64,000 nt of DNA, taken from NCBI GenBank assembly GCA_951813565.1, contig OX638351.1:4717506-4781505 (forward strand). Direction: 5' to 3'. How positions within the stretch are numbered: the first letter of the stretch is position 1; every line of letters starts with the position of its first letter. The notes under the pieces were generated by a model. The model was not told where the DNA came from. It searched no databases and saw nothing but the letters and a program-made list of their open reading frames with translations. A program made the translations under genes and the position numbers. This DNA comes from an uncultured Poribacteria bacterium. GTDB taxonomy: Bacteria > Poribacteria > WGA-4E > WGA-3G. Shown here piece by piece: positions 1-10,079 of this stretch.

Positions 1-954
1 ATGTTCGGTATCTTCAGCCAGTTTTGAAAGCCCTTCGTCAGACAAAGAACGAATTCGGGTAAGTTGCGAAACCAACTCATTCCGAACATACCCTTGCATG
101 ATTTCTTGCGGTGCAGGTTGATTATTAACTAAAACATAATCTATCGGAATTTTGGCGTGGTTAAGAATAGCATTGACATGGTCAGTGACTGCGTAACCAT
201 CGGTCTCTCCGGGCTGCGTCATCACATTACAAACATAAATTTTCACAGCGTTCGAACGTTGAATTGCTTCAACAATGCCTTTTATTACAAGATTCGGCAT
301 GATACTGGTGTAAAGGCTCCCTGGACCGATGATAATTGCATCCGCATTAACGAGTGCTTCCATTGCTGCCTCGTGTGCTTGACATTCATAAACTTCGTCT
401 GGGGAATGATGTGTTTTGCCGTTCTCACGGGGTTCAAAAAACACGCGTTTAATCGGTTCCCGATTTTCGCGTGTCGGAATGGTTGATTCACCTCGGACGA
501 TCTCACCATTTGTGAGTTCGGCGCAAAGAACGGTATAATCTAAGGTAACAGGGATAATTTGTCCACGCACAGCGAGGAGCCGTGATGCAGCTTGAATCGC
601 TTTTGGAAAATTGCCCTGGAATTGTTCGGTCAAGGCAGTTAATAATAAATTTCCGATTGTATGTCCACCGAGGTCACCATTACTTGAAAAGCGGTATTCC
701 CAAAGTCCAGCAAGTTCGTCTGCATCGGACAGTGTCCATAATAGCCTGCGGATATCACCTGGCGGAAGCACATCAAATTCTTCAACGAGACGTCCTGAGC
801 TGCCACCGTCGTCAGAAACAGTAACAATCGCTGCCAAACTATCCAGATCAATAATTTTTTCGTTATCTGTTTCCAGATTAGCATAGTACTTAATCCCACT
901 GAGCAGTGCGGATAATCCACTTCCACCGCCAATGCAGGCAATTTTCAAAGACAT
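1..954 (-). CDS. YvcK/UPF0052 (CofD-like) gluconeogenesis-factor family protein, C-terminally truncated by window edge
   Basis: Manual translation of minus strand from ATG at 954-952 gives MSLKIACIGGGSGLSALLSGIKYYANLETDNEKIIDLDS...VSDDGGSSGRL, the glycine-rich N-terminus typical of YvcK/CofD. GGAG SD 6 nt upstream. Absent from ORF track because it lacks an in-window stop. Confidence 0.75.
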   Translation of the reverse strand, partial: MSLKIACIGGGSGLSALLSGIKYYANLETDNEKIIDLDSLAAIVTVSDDGGSSGRLVEEFDVLPPGDIRRLLWTLSDADELAGLWEYRFSSNGDLGGHTIGNLLLTALTEQFQGNFPKAIQAASRLLAVRGQIIPVTLDYTVLCAELTNGEIVRGESTIPTRENREPIKRVFFEPRENGKTHHSPDEVYECQAHEAAMEALVNADAIIIGPGSLYTSIMPNLVIKGIVEAIQRSNAVKIYVCNVMTQPGETDGYAVTDHVNAILNHAKIPIDYVLVNNQPAPQEIMQGYVRNELVSQLTRIRSLSDEGLSKLAEDTEH

Positions 955-1078
955 AATTTCTCCAAACTACCAAGATAGTGGTTAGTATTTCTTTATAGCA
1001 AACTTAACCACAAAATACGACTGTTGCACAGTCCTGAAAGACAAAAATATAGGACTCGTTTTGTCATAAATAACGCAT

Positions 1079-2485
1079 TTAAAGGTTTATCTGTTTCATT
1101 AACATCTTCAAGTTTTCAAGAGTCTCATCACAAAGTGCTTCTGCTTCTATTGTCGTAGGTGCTTCACTGAAAACACGAATTACCGGTTCCGTTCCCGATT
1201 TACGGATGTTTACCCATCTATCATCCCAAACGCGCTTGATACCGTCGGTTAATTCAAGAAATGGTCCGGATTGGGCAGTTGAGGTGCTCTCTTTCTCATA
1301 CATTTTCAGAGCGAGTTCAACGAGTTGCGTTGCGACCTCTTGTGATGGAATCTCCAATTTTTTTCGGCACATCTCGTAGTGTGGCATGGCTTCAACATGT
1401 GCTGACACTGTGGTATTAGATTCGGCAAGATGTTGAATAATTGCTGCGATAGAGGTAATACCATCTGTAGTATAGTTAATAGAGGGATAGATTACCCCTC
1501 CTGTGCCTTCACCTCCGATAACAGCATTGGTTTCGTGCATTGCCTCAACCACCCATCCTACACCAACTTTCGTTCGATGTAGTGTTACGCCGTGCTTTGC
1601 AGCAATATCATCCATCATTCGGCTTGTTGATACTGTGACGACTATGTCTCCCTTTGTTTTACTTAAAATAAAATCTGCTACGAAAGCAACGGTCCATTCG
1701 CCGCTCAATGCTATGCCGCCATCCGTAACAATTACAACCCTATCCGCATCACCATCATGGGCAAATCCTATATCTGCCCGTGTTTCACGTACCTTTTTAC
1801 ACAGTTCACCTAAAGCATCAGGTGTGGGTTCTGCGGGACGACGAAAATTACCATCAGGCACACAATTAATTTCAACTACCTCACAGCCCAGTTCATGCAA
1901 TAGGACTGGACTAATTACACATCCCGCACCGTTCCCACAATCAAGTGCTACCTTCAAATTGGTATTTCGGATTAAATCTACGTCAAGCCACGGTGAACTG
2001 AGAATTTGCTTAAGATGATGTTCGGTAGCATCTTTGAATACCTCAAGTGTTCCTTGCTTGTCCCATTGTGCTAAGGTAAAATCTTCAGTTTCATAGGTGT
2101 GTGTCAATTTGTCTCGTTCTGTTTGTGTCAGGAGCTTTCCAGACTCTGACGCAAATTCTATGCCATTCCACTCTACCGGGTTATGGCTCGCTGTGATAGT
2201 AATACAACCTTGCGCGCCGAGCGTTTTCGCCATCAAAAGAACAGTAGGCGTAGGACACAAACCGACATCAATAACGTGACACCCTGTGGCAAAAAGTCCA
2301 GCAAGCACCGCGTGCCGAATCATCGGACTTGAGGTGCGCGAATCTCGCCCCATTACCACAGTTTTACCACCAACAAATGTGCCAAATGCAAGCGCAAACC
2401 GCGTGATGATACGCGCATCAAGCGAAATGCCAACCTGCCCCCGAACCCCTGAAACGCTAATTATTGGGTCTTTTGTCTTAGTCAT
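1079..2485 (-). CDS. alpha-D-phosphohexomutase (phosphomannomutase/phosphoglucomutase/GlmM family)
   Basis: 468 aa; active-site TASHNP motif (ITITASHNPVEWNGIEF), Mg-binding DGDADR, N-terminal VSGVRG loop. Confidence 0.85.
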   Translation of the reverse strand: MTKTKDPIISVSGVRGQVGISLDARIITRFALAFGTFVGGKTVVMGRDSRTSSPMIRHAVLAGLFATGCHVIDVGLCPTPTVLLMAKTLGAQGCITITASHNPVEWNGIEFASESGKLLTQTERDKLTHTYETEDFTLAQWDKQGTLEVFKDATEHHLKQILSSPWLDVDLIRNTNLKVALDCGNGAGCVISPVLLHELGCEVVEINCVPDGNFRRPAEPTPDALGELCKKVRETRADIGFAHDGDADRVVIVTDGGIALSGEWTVAFVADFILSKTKGDIVVTVSTSRMMDDIAAKHGVTLHRTKVGVGWVVEAMHETNAVIGGEGTGGVIYPSINYTTDGITSIAAIIQHLAESNTTVSAHVEAMPHYEMCRKKLEIPSQEVATQLVELALKMYEKESTSTAQSGPFLELTDGIKRVWDDRWVNIRKSGTEPVIRVFSEAPTTIEAEALCDETLENLKMLMKQINL

Positions 2486-3324
2486 GAAGCATTAAGTCTC
2501 TTTACAGTAATAGTTGCAATCTTAAATATATAGATACAAACTTTGCGGATTCTACATATTAGCCATGAAACTAAAAAACAACATCCTGCTATCAAAAGTT
2601 GCCAGAAACAGATAATATACCAAGATGGGTATGAGAAATCATAAGACGTAATCGGTGTTCGTTCATAGAGCAAAGGTGTCCTAAAAATGTCCATCCCGTC
2701 AAAGATATTGCACACGGCAACAAGCGGATTTAGGTGAAGAACAGGCTGAATAATCGGTTGAAGATTGTTGATATATCGTCCTAAGGGCATGAAAAAAAAT
2801 GCACTGCCAATTAAAATGCATGACAAAAAATAGGCACACTCTGTTCCAAAGATAGCATCCTTGAAAACCTGTGTGCCCCACATGCCAATGGCACCCGTCG
2901 AAAAACTAAAAAGCCCCAAAACAACTAACATCTTCAACACTTTATCGATTGACATGCCGATAACAAAGACCGAAAAATTCGTTGATAAAAACACCCAACA
3001 TAACAGCGGAATCTGACTAATTGCAAACCGTATCAAGAGGGGCTTGCCAAAAGAGATAGGGCTAAGTGATAGTAAATGCGCGGAAGAACTACTTCCGCTT
3101 TCAGATCGCACACTTAAAGCTGCTAAATAGGGCGCTACTAAAAGTACAACGAATGTCTGTGCAAGCGCAAAACATTCCGCAGACGAACCGAGTTTCGCGT
3201 GTGTCAACAATTGGTATGTCAACCATTGAAGAAAGCTTGCAATACCGATACAAACGAGGAATGTTTTCTTACTGTAAGGCTTGGCTTCAATAACAGCATT
3301 CATTGTTGCTACCCATAACTGCAC
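2482..3324 (-). CDS. polytopic integral membrane protein (function unknown)
   Basis: 280 aa with ~6 hydrophobic helices; 4-bp overlap with upstream mutase gene suggests an operon. Confidence 0.5.
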   Translation of the reverse strand: MQLWVATMNAVIEAKPYSKKTFLVCIGIASFLQWLTYQLLTHAKLGSSAECFALAQTFVVLLVAPYLAALSVRSESGSSSSAHLLSLSPISFGKPLLIRFAISQIPLLCWVFLSTNFSVFVIGMSIDKVLKMLVVLGLFSFSTGAIGMWGTQVFKDAIFGTECAYFLSCILIGSAFFFMPLGRYINNLQPIIQPVLHLNPLVAVCNIFDGMDIFRTPLLYERTPITSYDFSYPSWYIICFWQLLIAGCCFLVSWLICRIRKVCIYIFKIATITVKRLNAS

Positions 3325-3978
3325 TTATTCTTCTTGGAGCTCACGTCGAAGCTGCATAAGCGACTCGGCAATAGAAACAAGATTCGGATTAATAATTAAT
3401 GCCTGTTTATAAGCGTCAACCGCTTCATCAATTTTACCTAATCTGAGATAAACATGCCCCATGCCTGCAAATGCACCAAAATGATGTGAATTGAGTTTAA
3501 TTGTCTGTTTACAATCTTTGAGTGCGTTTTCCCACGCTTCCAGCATAAAATAGGCGATCGCGCGTTGGTTATACCCCTCAGCAAAATTTGGTGATGTTTC
3601 AATTACCGCGGTAAATTGTTCTACTGCTTCTGTAAAGTTTTCATTCTTAAGGTGTCTTTTACCCGTTTTGAGCATTTTGTCAACGGATTCGTCCCCTGAG
3701 CGGGACCATACGTTCCACAACGCTATTTCAGTGTTAAGGCATGCGCGAAGATCGTCATTTTTGAGGTTTTCCACTAACGCCGGAACCACGTTCATACCGC
3801 CGACTAATCCGAGCGCAGTGGCTGCAGCGCGACCCACCAGTGGATCTTCGTTTTGAAGATAGTCTATTAGATCGCCTTCAGAGTATTTTGATGTGAGAAG
3901 TTCTTTAAGGCTTTCTTCATCTGCTGCGTTTTTGAACATCTGTACCGCTAATTCCGAAAATCCGTTGCGTGCTGGCAT
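3325..3978 (-). CDS. HEAT-repeat plus TPR-repeat protein
   Basis: N-terminal HEAT-like PLVGRAAATALGLVGG; C-terminal TPR-like AIAYFMLEAWENALKDC and AGMGHVYLRLGKIDEAVDAYKQAL. Confidence 0.6.
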   Translation of the reverse strand: MPARNGFSELAVQMFKNAADEESLKELLTSKYSEGDLIDYLQNEDPLVGRAAATALGLVGGMNVVPALVENLKNDDLRACLNTEIALWNVWSRSGDESVDKMLKTGKRHLKNENFTEAVEQFTAVIETSPNFAEGYNQRAIAYFMLEAWENALKDCKQTIKLNSHHFGAFAGMGHVYLRLGKIDEAVDAYKQALIINPNLVSIAESLMQLRRELQEE

Positions 3979-4122
3979 GGTTATTCCTCCTTATTTCATG
4001 TTGATTATAGCATATCTTTGTTGAAAATAACAATGCAAAAGTCTATGGCTATGGTAGATTTTACAATTAGCGATATCCCTTCTATCGGCGCGCTTACAAA
4101 GCGCGTCTACCAGTAGGCGTCT

Positions 4123-5271
4123 ACATTTTTATACGCAATAAGTCGTTTTGGACTTGGAAGTTTTTATTTTTCAGATTTCTCACGTTATACTTTCGGTGAG
4201 AAACTTTTCAAAGATGTTGGTTTCTCGGTAGTTATATTTATAGCATGCCTCTGCGAGATACAGGGGCGTGTATCTTGTTGAGTAGTGGTGGTGTTGTCCA
4301 TACCATGCCCTCTTGACGAAAGACCAAAAGCCTTCCATCGTATTGGTATGGATGTCGCCAGCCTCCCATTTCTCACTACGGTTAAGTGTCTCATGTTTCA
4401 TTTCCTTACCGATTTCGTTGTAGCCTCTATACTGATCAGTAATGAGTTCAGAATCTTCGGTATTGACGAATCTGTTGATGAAGTCGGAGATCGTCTCACC
4501 AGTGACGTTGGATACGAGTTGTGCGATGACGTGTCCACCACGTGCGACTGCGCCCAGCACGGCATCTTTAGCGGTGCCGCGTCCGCGTTTACGGGGTTCA
4601 CCATCCTCCCGGTCATAGTCTTTGCGACGCTTACCACCGATATAGGTTTCATCTGCTTCAATGACCCCTTGTAGTAAGACATTATCCTTTCCCATCTCTG
4701 TGCGTATAGCCATCATTAGACACCAAGCAGCTTTCTGTTTCATCCCTAAATCGCGTGCCAGTTGATAGGAGGACAAACTTTTCTTTGCGTTTGCCATGAG
4801 AGCGATAGCGAGAAACCACTTTTGGAGCGGTATTTTCGTGCCGTGAAATATTGTGCCGTGTGTCACCTTGAATGTAGCACGGCAATCGTGGCAGTTCCAG
4901 CGTTCGACACGCCCAACCTCGTGTTCGTTCCGCCTTCGGACGTTTAGACTTGGACAATGCGGGCATTCTGGGGATTCTTTTCATCGGAGCCGCTCCAGAT
5001 ATTCGATGCAATCCTCTTGCGTTGAGAACGTCTTCATCACCTTGATTAGATCCATCAGAAAACACTCCTGTTTTTTGGAGTTGCATTTTTCTGATAGTTT
5101 CTGATACAATATCAGATAAGTGTGAACCAGAAAAGCAACTCGCTTTTTTGAGTTTCAAATAGGGGGTTGATACCCCCTATTTTCTTACTGATATTATACT
5201 ATGAAAACCCTTTATTTACAAGGGTTTAGCGCACTTTTCCAACTTTTGTCAAGTCCAAAACGACTTATTCC
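4123..5271 (-). mobile_element. IS1595-family insertion sequence with 23-bp terminal inverted repeats and 8-bp target-site duplication
   Basis: Left end CGCAATAAGTCGTTTTGGACTTG (4123-4146) is the reverse complement of right end CAAGTCCAAAACGACTTATTCCG (5249-5271), 22/23 matches. Flanked by direct TTTTTATA at 4115-4122 and 5272-5279. An 8-bp TSD is characteristic of IS1595. Confidence 0.8.
4180..5158 (-). CDS. IS1595-family (ISXO2-like DDE) transposase, apparently frameshifted near 4985-4995
   Basis: C-terminal ORF (4180-4866) has the IS1595 hallmarks THGTIFHGTKIPLQKWFLAIALMANAKKSLSSYQLARDLG and ETYIGGKRR. The Zn-ribbon CPHC...CHDC is only readable in a frame shifted relative to the upstream ORF 4682-5158 (MKLKK...). 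This suggests a pseudogene or a sequencing error in an A-run. Confidence 0.7.
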
Positions 5272-5291
5272 GTTTTTATATTTAGGCATAA

Positions 5292-6359
5292 ATGCCTCTG
5301 ACACTTGTCAAAAAGTGTTTTTTCAACTACAATGTGTATGTGTACACCTTAGAACCTCTTACACCTCAAAATTGTAACGAATGGGATGCTGTTATCCAGC
5401 AATGTCCTAATAGCACTGCTTTTCAAGCCTCTGTATGGCGAGATGCACTTGCAAATTCCTTCAAGCAACTTGATCCTGTGCACATGCTTATTAAACAAAA
5501 CGGGACGGTAATCGGTGGAATCCCCGCATTTGTGTTTGAGCCGATACCGGGTATCCGATTGTGGCATTCAATGCCGTGGAACCTATTTGGTGGTCCACAA
5601 ATAATTGATGCCGCCAAAGTGGATACCGTATCGTTGATTTCAACCATTGAGACCTATCTTCAAACCGTATCATCTGAAAAAGGGTGGTGTGAACTGTGCT
5701 GGACACTTTTACCCGATGACACTTTAAAATATGGCGATTCGCTAACAGAAATGGGGTATGCACGGACAGAACGGTTTACACATATTTTAAAAACGAACGG
5801 AGATATTGACGCCCTTTGGCACGCCTACAATAAACGTGTCCGAGGTGCTGTTAGGAAAGCGCAAAAATCGGGTGTGGAGGTTACCGATACCGAAAGTGAG
5901 GCGGATTTATCCACATTTTACGACATGTATCTTACAACTGTAAAACGTTTAGGCGGGACACCGAAACCCCGCGCGCTCATGCAAATGCTTCTGCAGCACG
6001 GTATTGCCAAACTTGCTATCGCTACATATCAAGGCACTGTCATTGCAGGATTACTCTATCTCTATTTCAATCGCACTGTAACTTTGTGGTGTGAGGCTTC
6101 TGTACCTGCGTATCTACAATACCGTCCGAATAATGCAATTTTTCACCATATTATCACATGGGCATGCAAGGAAGGGTATGAATGGGTGGATTTCGGCGCC
6201 TCGCCACCGGAAAATGAAGGATTGATTGCACACAAGGAACAATATCGTGCTAAAAAAACTGATTTCTGTAGTTATACCAAGATAGTTTCGTCATTCAAAA
6301 GATCGTTGTGGACACAGAGTGAGAGTGTACTTAGGAAAATTTATACGTGGATGCAGTAG
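5292..6359 (+). CDS. FemAB/BioF2-like GNAT-fold acyl/aminoacyltransferase family protein
   Basis: 355 aa with Acetyltransf_6/FemAB-like architecture, read by eye as similar to peptidoglycan-bridge or CelD-like proteins. Starts 21 bp downstream of the IS1595 right end. Confidence 0.5.
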   Translation: MPLTLVKKCFFNYNVYVYTLEPLTPQNCNEWDAVIQQCPNSTAFQASVWRDALANSFKQLDPVHMLIKQNGTVIGGIPAFVFEPIPGIRLWHSMPWNLFGGPQIIDAAKVDTVSLISTIETYLQTVSSEKGWCELCWTLLPDDTLKYGDSLTEMGYARTERFTHILKTNGDIDALWHAYNKRVRGAVRKAQKSGVEVTDTESEADLSTFYDMYLTTVKRLGGTPKPRALMQMLLQHGIAKLAIATYQGTVIAGLLYLYFNRTVTLWCEASVPAYLQYRPNNAIFHHIITWACKEGYEWVDFGASPPENEGLIAHKEQYRAKKTDFCSYTKIVSSFKRSLWTQSESVLRKIYTWMQ

Positions 6360-6436
6360 TCCGTATGTCAGTAGAGTTTGTGAAATCTGACGGACAAAAT
6401 AATACAATATAATCACATAGAAATGGAATTATAATT

Positions 6437-8389
6437 ATGAGTCAAACAATCCCCTCCAAAAAGGAAAACTCTCTCATGCAAAAAATAGTAGTTTTAATTT
6501 TAACAATTACGTCGGCGATATGTATTATTCCTGAAAACACGACTGCACAAGACACACAAGATTGGCATTTGCGCCATCTACCCGAAGGCGTGAAAGCGCG
6601 ACTCGGTAGAGGCGGTATAACAGGAAACATCGCCTATTCGCCTGACGAAGAATATTTAGCGGCGGCGAGTAGCATCGGCATTTGGGTCTATAACGCGCAA
6701 ACAGACGCACCGCTCCAGTTACTCACAGGACATACGGGTAGAGTCACGAGCATTGCGTTTAGTCCAGACCGTTCTTTATTGGCAAGTGCAGGTGAGGACA
6801 AGACCGTCCGTTTGTGGGATGCGCGCACCGGCACTGAACTTCGGACAATGGTGGGACACAATTGGGGTGTTGCAGGTGTAGCGTTCAGTCCAGATGGCAC
6901 ACTGTTAGCAAGTGGGTCCCATGACTCGACCGTCAGCCTATGGGATGTGCACACCGGCGAAGAACTCAGGACAATGGACGGGCATACAAAGGATGTCTTA
7001 TGTGTTGCTTTTAGTCCGGATGGTGCTACACTGGCGAGTGCAAGTGATGACAGAACGTTGCGTCTGTGGGATGTGCAGACAGGCGCATTGGTGCGAACAA
7101 TGAAAGCGTATGAAACAGATGAAATAAAAACCGTTGCGTTTAGTCCGGATGGCAAGACAATTGCAAGTGCCAGTAATCATAACAGCGCACATCTGTGGGA
7201 CGCACAGACGGGCAAATTACGCAGCGTGTTGGAAGCACATAATGATAGTATTGGTTTGGAAGGACATAATAGTGATATTGATAGTATTATCTTCAGTCCA
7301 GACGGATCAAAACTGGCAACTGCAAGCCAGGACTACACCGCACGTCTATGGGACGCACAGACAGGAACACATCTCCGCGCGCTGAAAGGACACACGTCTA
7401 ATGTCTTGAGCATCACGTTTAGTCCTGACGGAAAGACGGTGCGGACCGGTAGTCGGGATGGCACCATCCGCTTGTGGGACCCAAACACCAGCGTGCAGTT
7501 GCGGACGATAAGCGGACATACGAATCGTGTCTATAGCGTTATGTTCAGCCCGGATGGGAAAGTGCTTGCCAGCGGAAGCATGGACAATACCATTCAATTA
7601 TGGGATACGCGGACAGGAGAATCGCTTCGTGTGCTGAAAGGACATACTCAGCCTGTCAGTAGCGTAGTGTTCAGTCCGGATGGGAAAACTATCGCGAGTG
7701 CTGGTGAGGACGGGACCATTCGTTTATGGGATGCGCAAACAGGGGAATCTCTTCGGACACTGAAGGAGCATCGATTTTGGATATCAAGTCTTGCTTTCAG
7801 TCCAGAAGGGGAGAAACTCGTAAGTACCGGTGATGGCAAAGCACTGCGTGTGTGGGATACGCAAACAGGTGAACAAAGACATATTCTGATGCATATCGAG
7901 GAGATCAATAGTGTTGCGTTTAGTCCGGATGGGTCTCTGGTGGTGTGCGGACTTGAAAACGGCAGCATCCGCTTGTGGAACTCGAATAAACCGGCCACCG
8001 ATAAATTTGGCTGGTCATTGAAAAAGCATACGGGTCCTGTAAATAGCGTTGCGTTCAGGCCGGATGGGTCTTTGTTAGCAAGCGCATCTGAGGATGGTTC
8101 TATTCGTTTGTGGAATCCACAGACGGGTGAATCTATCCGGACAGTGAAAACAGAAGGGAGTCCTTACCGTTGCGTTACGTTTAGTCCGGATGGGAAGATA
8201 TTGGTGAGTGGCGGTTGGGACGCGACCGTCAGTTTATGGGATGTACGCACTGGCGACCTCATTATCGAGTTGAAAGCACATACATCTCTTGTGAATAGCG
8301 TTACGTTTAGTCCGGATGGAAAAACACTGGCGAGTGGAAGTTCGGATGGCACTGTGTTGTTGTGGGATCTCGCGGTTGATGTGGATTAG
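6437..8389 (+). CDS. secreted WD40-repeat (beta-propeller) protein, ~14 repeats
   Basis: 650 aa; N-terminal signal-like hydrophobic segment; repeated GHTxxVxSVAFSPDGxxLASGSxDxTIRLWD units ending in LWD/WD. Confidence 0.9.
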   Translation: MSQTIPSKKENSLMQKIVVLILTITSAICIIPENTTAQDTQDWHLRHLPEGVKARLGRGGITGNIAYSPDEEYLAAASSIGIWVYNAQTDAPLQLLTGHTGRVTSIAFSPDRSLLASAGEDKTVRLWDARTGTELRTMVGHNWGVAGVAFSPDGTLLASGSHDSTVSLWDVHTGEELRTMDGHTKDVLCVAFSPDGATLASASDDRTLRLWDVQTGALVRTMKAYETDEIKTVAFSPDGKTIASASNHNSAHLWDAQTGKLRSVLEAHNDSIGLEGHNSDIDSIIFSPDGSKLATASQDYTARLWDAQTGTHLRALKGHTSNVLSITFSPDGKTVRTGSRDGTIRLWDPNTSVQLRTISGHTNRVYSVMFSPDGKVLASGSMDNTIQLWDTRTGESLRVLKGHTQPVSSVVFSPDGKTIASAGEDGTIRLWDAQTGESLRTLKEHRFWISSLAFSPEGEKLVSTGDGKALRVWDTQTGEQRHILMHIEEINSVAFSPDGSLVVCGLENGSIRLWNSNKPATDKFGWSLKKHTGPVNSVAFRPDGSLLASASEDGSIRLWNPQTGESIRTVKTEGSPYRCVTFSPDGKILVSGGWDATVSLWDVRTGDLIIELKAHTSLVNSVTFSPDGKTLASGSSDGTVLLWDLAVDVD

Positions 8390-9021
8390 ACTGCACACCT
8401 CAACGGTAGGAGCATTTTGTAAACGCGCTGGGCTCAGCTCAAAGACGACACACACGGAGCGTTTAGATGAAGTTTAAAAAATAAATCGGTCCTTTGGCGA
8501 GGTTAGGAAACCTCGCCAGCAGCGGGCACATCTGCCTCGTGCGGACAGAAAATTACCGAAAGAATAAGTTAATCTTCATTTACTATAGTTTGGACAATTT
8601 GATCCTGTCAGGACTTCCGAATAAGTGTAAAAACTGCAATATAAAGGCTCTTGTATCTCTGAGTTTTGTATGAAATCACTGTATTTTGCGATATTTTTTG
8701 CCAAGATCGTCAAAAATGTGTAAATCTGCTCAGTTTCACGTAGTGTCTTCATCTATTTTTAGATTTTTTTCTAAGTTTTGTTTCGGATCGTTACTCGCAG
8801 AAAAATGCGGAAAAGAGGATCCATTTTGATGTCCTTTCAAAATAGTGTTGTTATATGCTGAAAGGATAAACTCTTTTCTGCTTTTGTGTCAAAAAAACTT
8901 AAAACTGTCCAAAGTATAGTAATATTAGATGAATTCGGAAAATGCACTATTGAAAACACCGGAATTCCATTCTATCTAACTGATAACCTCAACCCACGTT
9001 CGTAAATACAGGAAACAATTC

Positions 9022-9852
9022 ATGGAATCTCCTCACCTAACAGAAACACAACGAAAACATTGGCAAGAACAGGGGTATCTTCTCATAAAACAAGTGCTTT
9101 CACCAACAGAAATTGAAGCACTTTTGACAGCAGTGGACTCGGTAATAGAAAGCTACGTCCAGCAGACACCAAATTTACAAGGAGCACGATTTGGAAAGGG
9201 CGCGTACACCATTATACGAGCAATTGAGCGAACCGATGCGCTTGATCCGCTCACCGACCACCCACGCACCTTCGGCACAATCTTATCATTGATGGGACCG
9301 TATCTACAAATAATGGGAACACAAATATATGTGCGTCATCCGGATGCGGAGGCGTTGATGGGGTTTCATACAGATGCTGGACCATCACTCCAACGGATTC
9401 ATCCGCACGCTGACAGTCTACCTTTGCAATTCAAAATCCAGTTTTTCTTGACTGATCTTTCTGAACCTGACCAAGCGAATTTTATGTGTGTGCCGAGGAG
9501 CCATAAAAAGCCGTTTCCAGAAAAACGATTTCAAAAAGGCAAGTATCCTGAAGGAGCAGTCCAAGTCCTCGCTGAGGCAGGAGATGCAGTTATTTTTCCG
9601 TGGGCATTGTGGCACGGCGTCGGTCCAAATCGGACTGACAGCATCCGAAAAAGTGTTACATTCCGTTATGGGCAGATGTGGTGCCGCCCTTACGATTACG
9701 ACAAACTTCCCGCAGATGTGTTAGAACGGATGACACCGCGTCGCCGTAGGTTATTCGGCGATATGGGAGAGGATTTTCATCCTACCGATTACTACAAACC
9801 GAAAGACCAAATTGATATTATTTGTAGCGATGAATGGCATTTATCTTTATAA
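9022..9852 (+). CDS. phytanoyl-CoA dioxygenase (PhyH) family Fe(II)/2-oxoglutarate oxygenase
   Basis: 276 aa; HTD...H facial triad context (GFHTDAG ... ALWHGVGPN), R-x-S near the C-terminus. Confidence 0.7.
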   Translation: MESPHLTETQRKHWQEQGYLLIKQVLSPTEIEALLTAVDSVIESYVQQTPNLQGARFGKGAYTIIRAIERTDALDPLTDHPRTFGTILSLMGPYLQIMGTQIYVRHPDAEALMGFHTDAGPSLQRIHPHADSLPLQFKIQFFLTDLSEPDQANFMCVPRSHKKPFPEKRFQKGKYPEGAVQVLAEAGDAVIFPWALWHGVGPNRTDSIRKSVTFRYGQMWCRPYDYDKLPADVLERMTPRRRRLFGDMGEDFHPTDYYKPKDQIDIICSDEWHLSL

Positions 9853-10079
9853 CGACTTGTGTTAGTTAACTATTTGTTTGTATTCTTTTCACACATATTG
9901 AACTCATGTTATACACATATCGTCCCTACCAAATCAACGTCAAATGCGCTTATGGCATTTGTCGGGACTGAAGAAGGAATCAACTAATGATAAAAACTAA
10001 CAAAACGTCATGTAATTGTGAAACAATATTTTACAAATAGTTATTTAGCACAACACGTCTTTATAATAAAGAAGTGATC

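Noticed and set aside
6688-7155. 155-aa antisense ORF inside the WD40 gene (and similar antisense ORFs 1503-2018, 31295-31810, 33732-34124, 19799-20362)
   Set aside because: They sit fully inside strongly supported genes on the opposite strand, with no SD and Ser/Pro/Arg-rich composition typical of antisense frames of GC-biased codons.
8400-9020. Searched the long intergenic regions (8400-9020, 19363-19661, 21003-21718, 42363-43082) for tRNA, tmRNA, RNase P or SRP RNA
   Set aside because: No acceptor-stem/T-loop (GGTTCGAATCC-type) pattern and no conserved RNase P/SRP boxes were seen. The regions are dominated by dispersed repeats.
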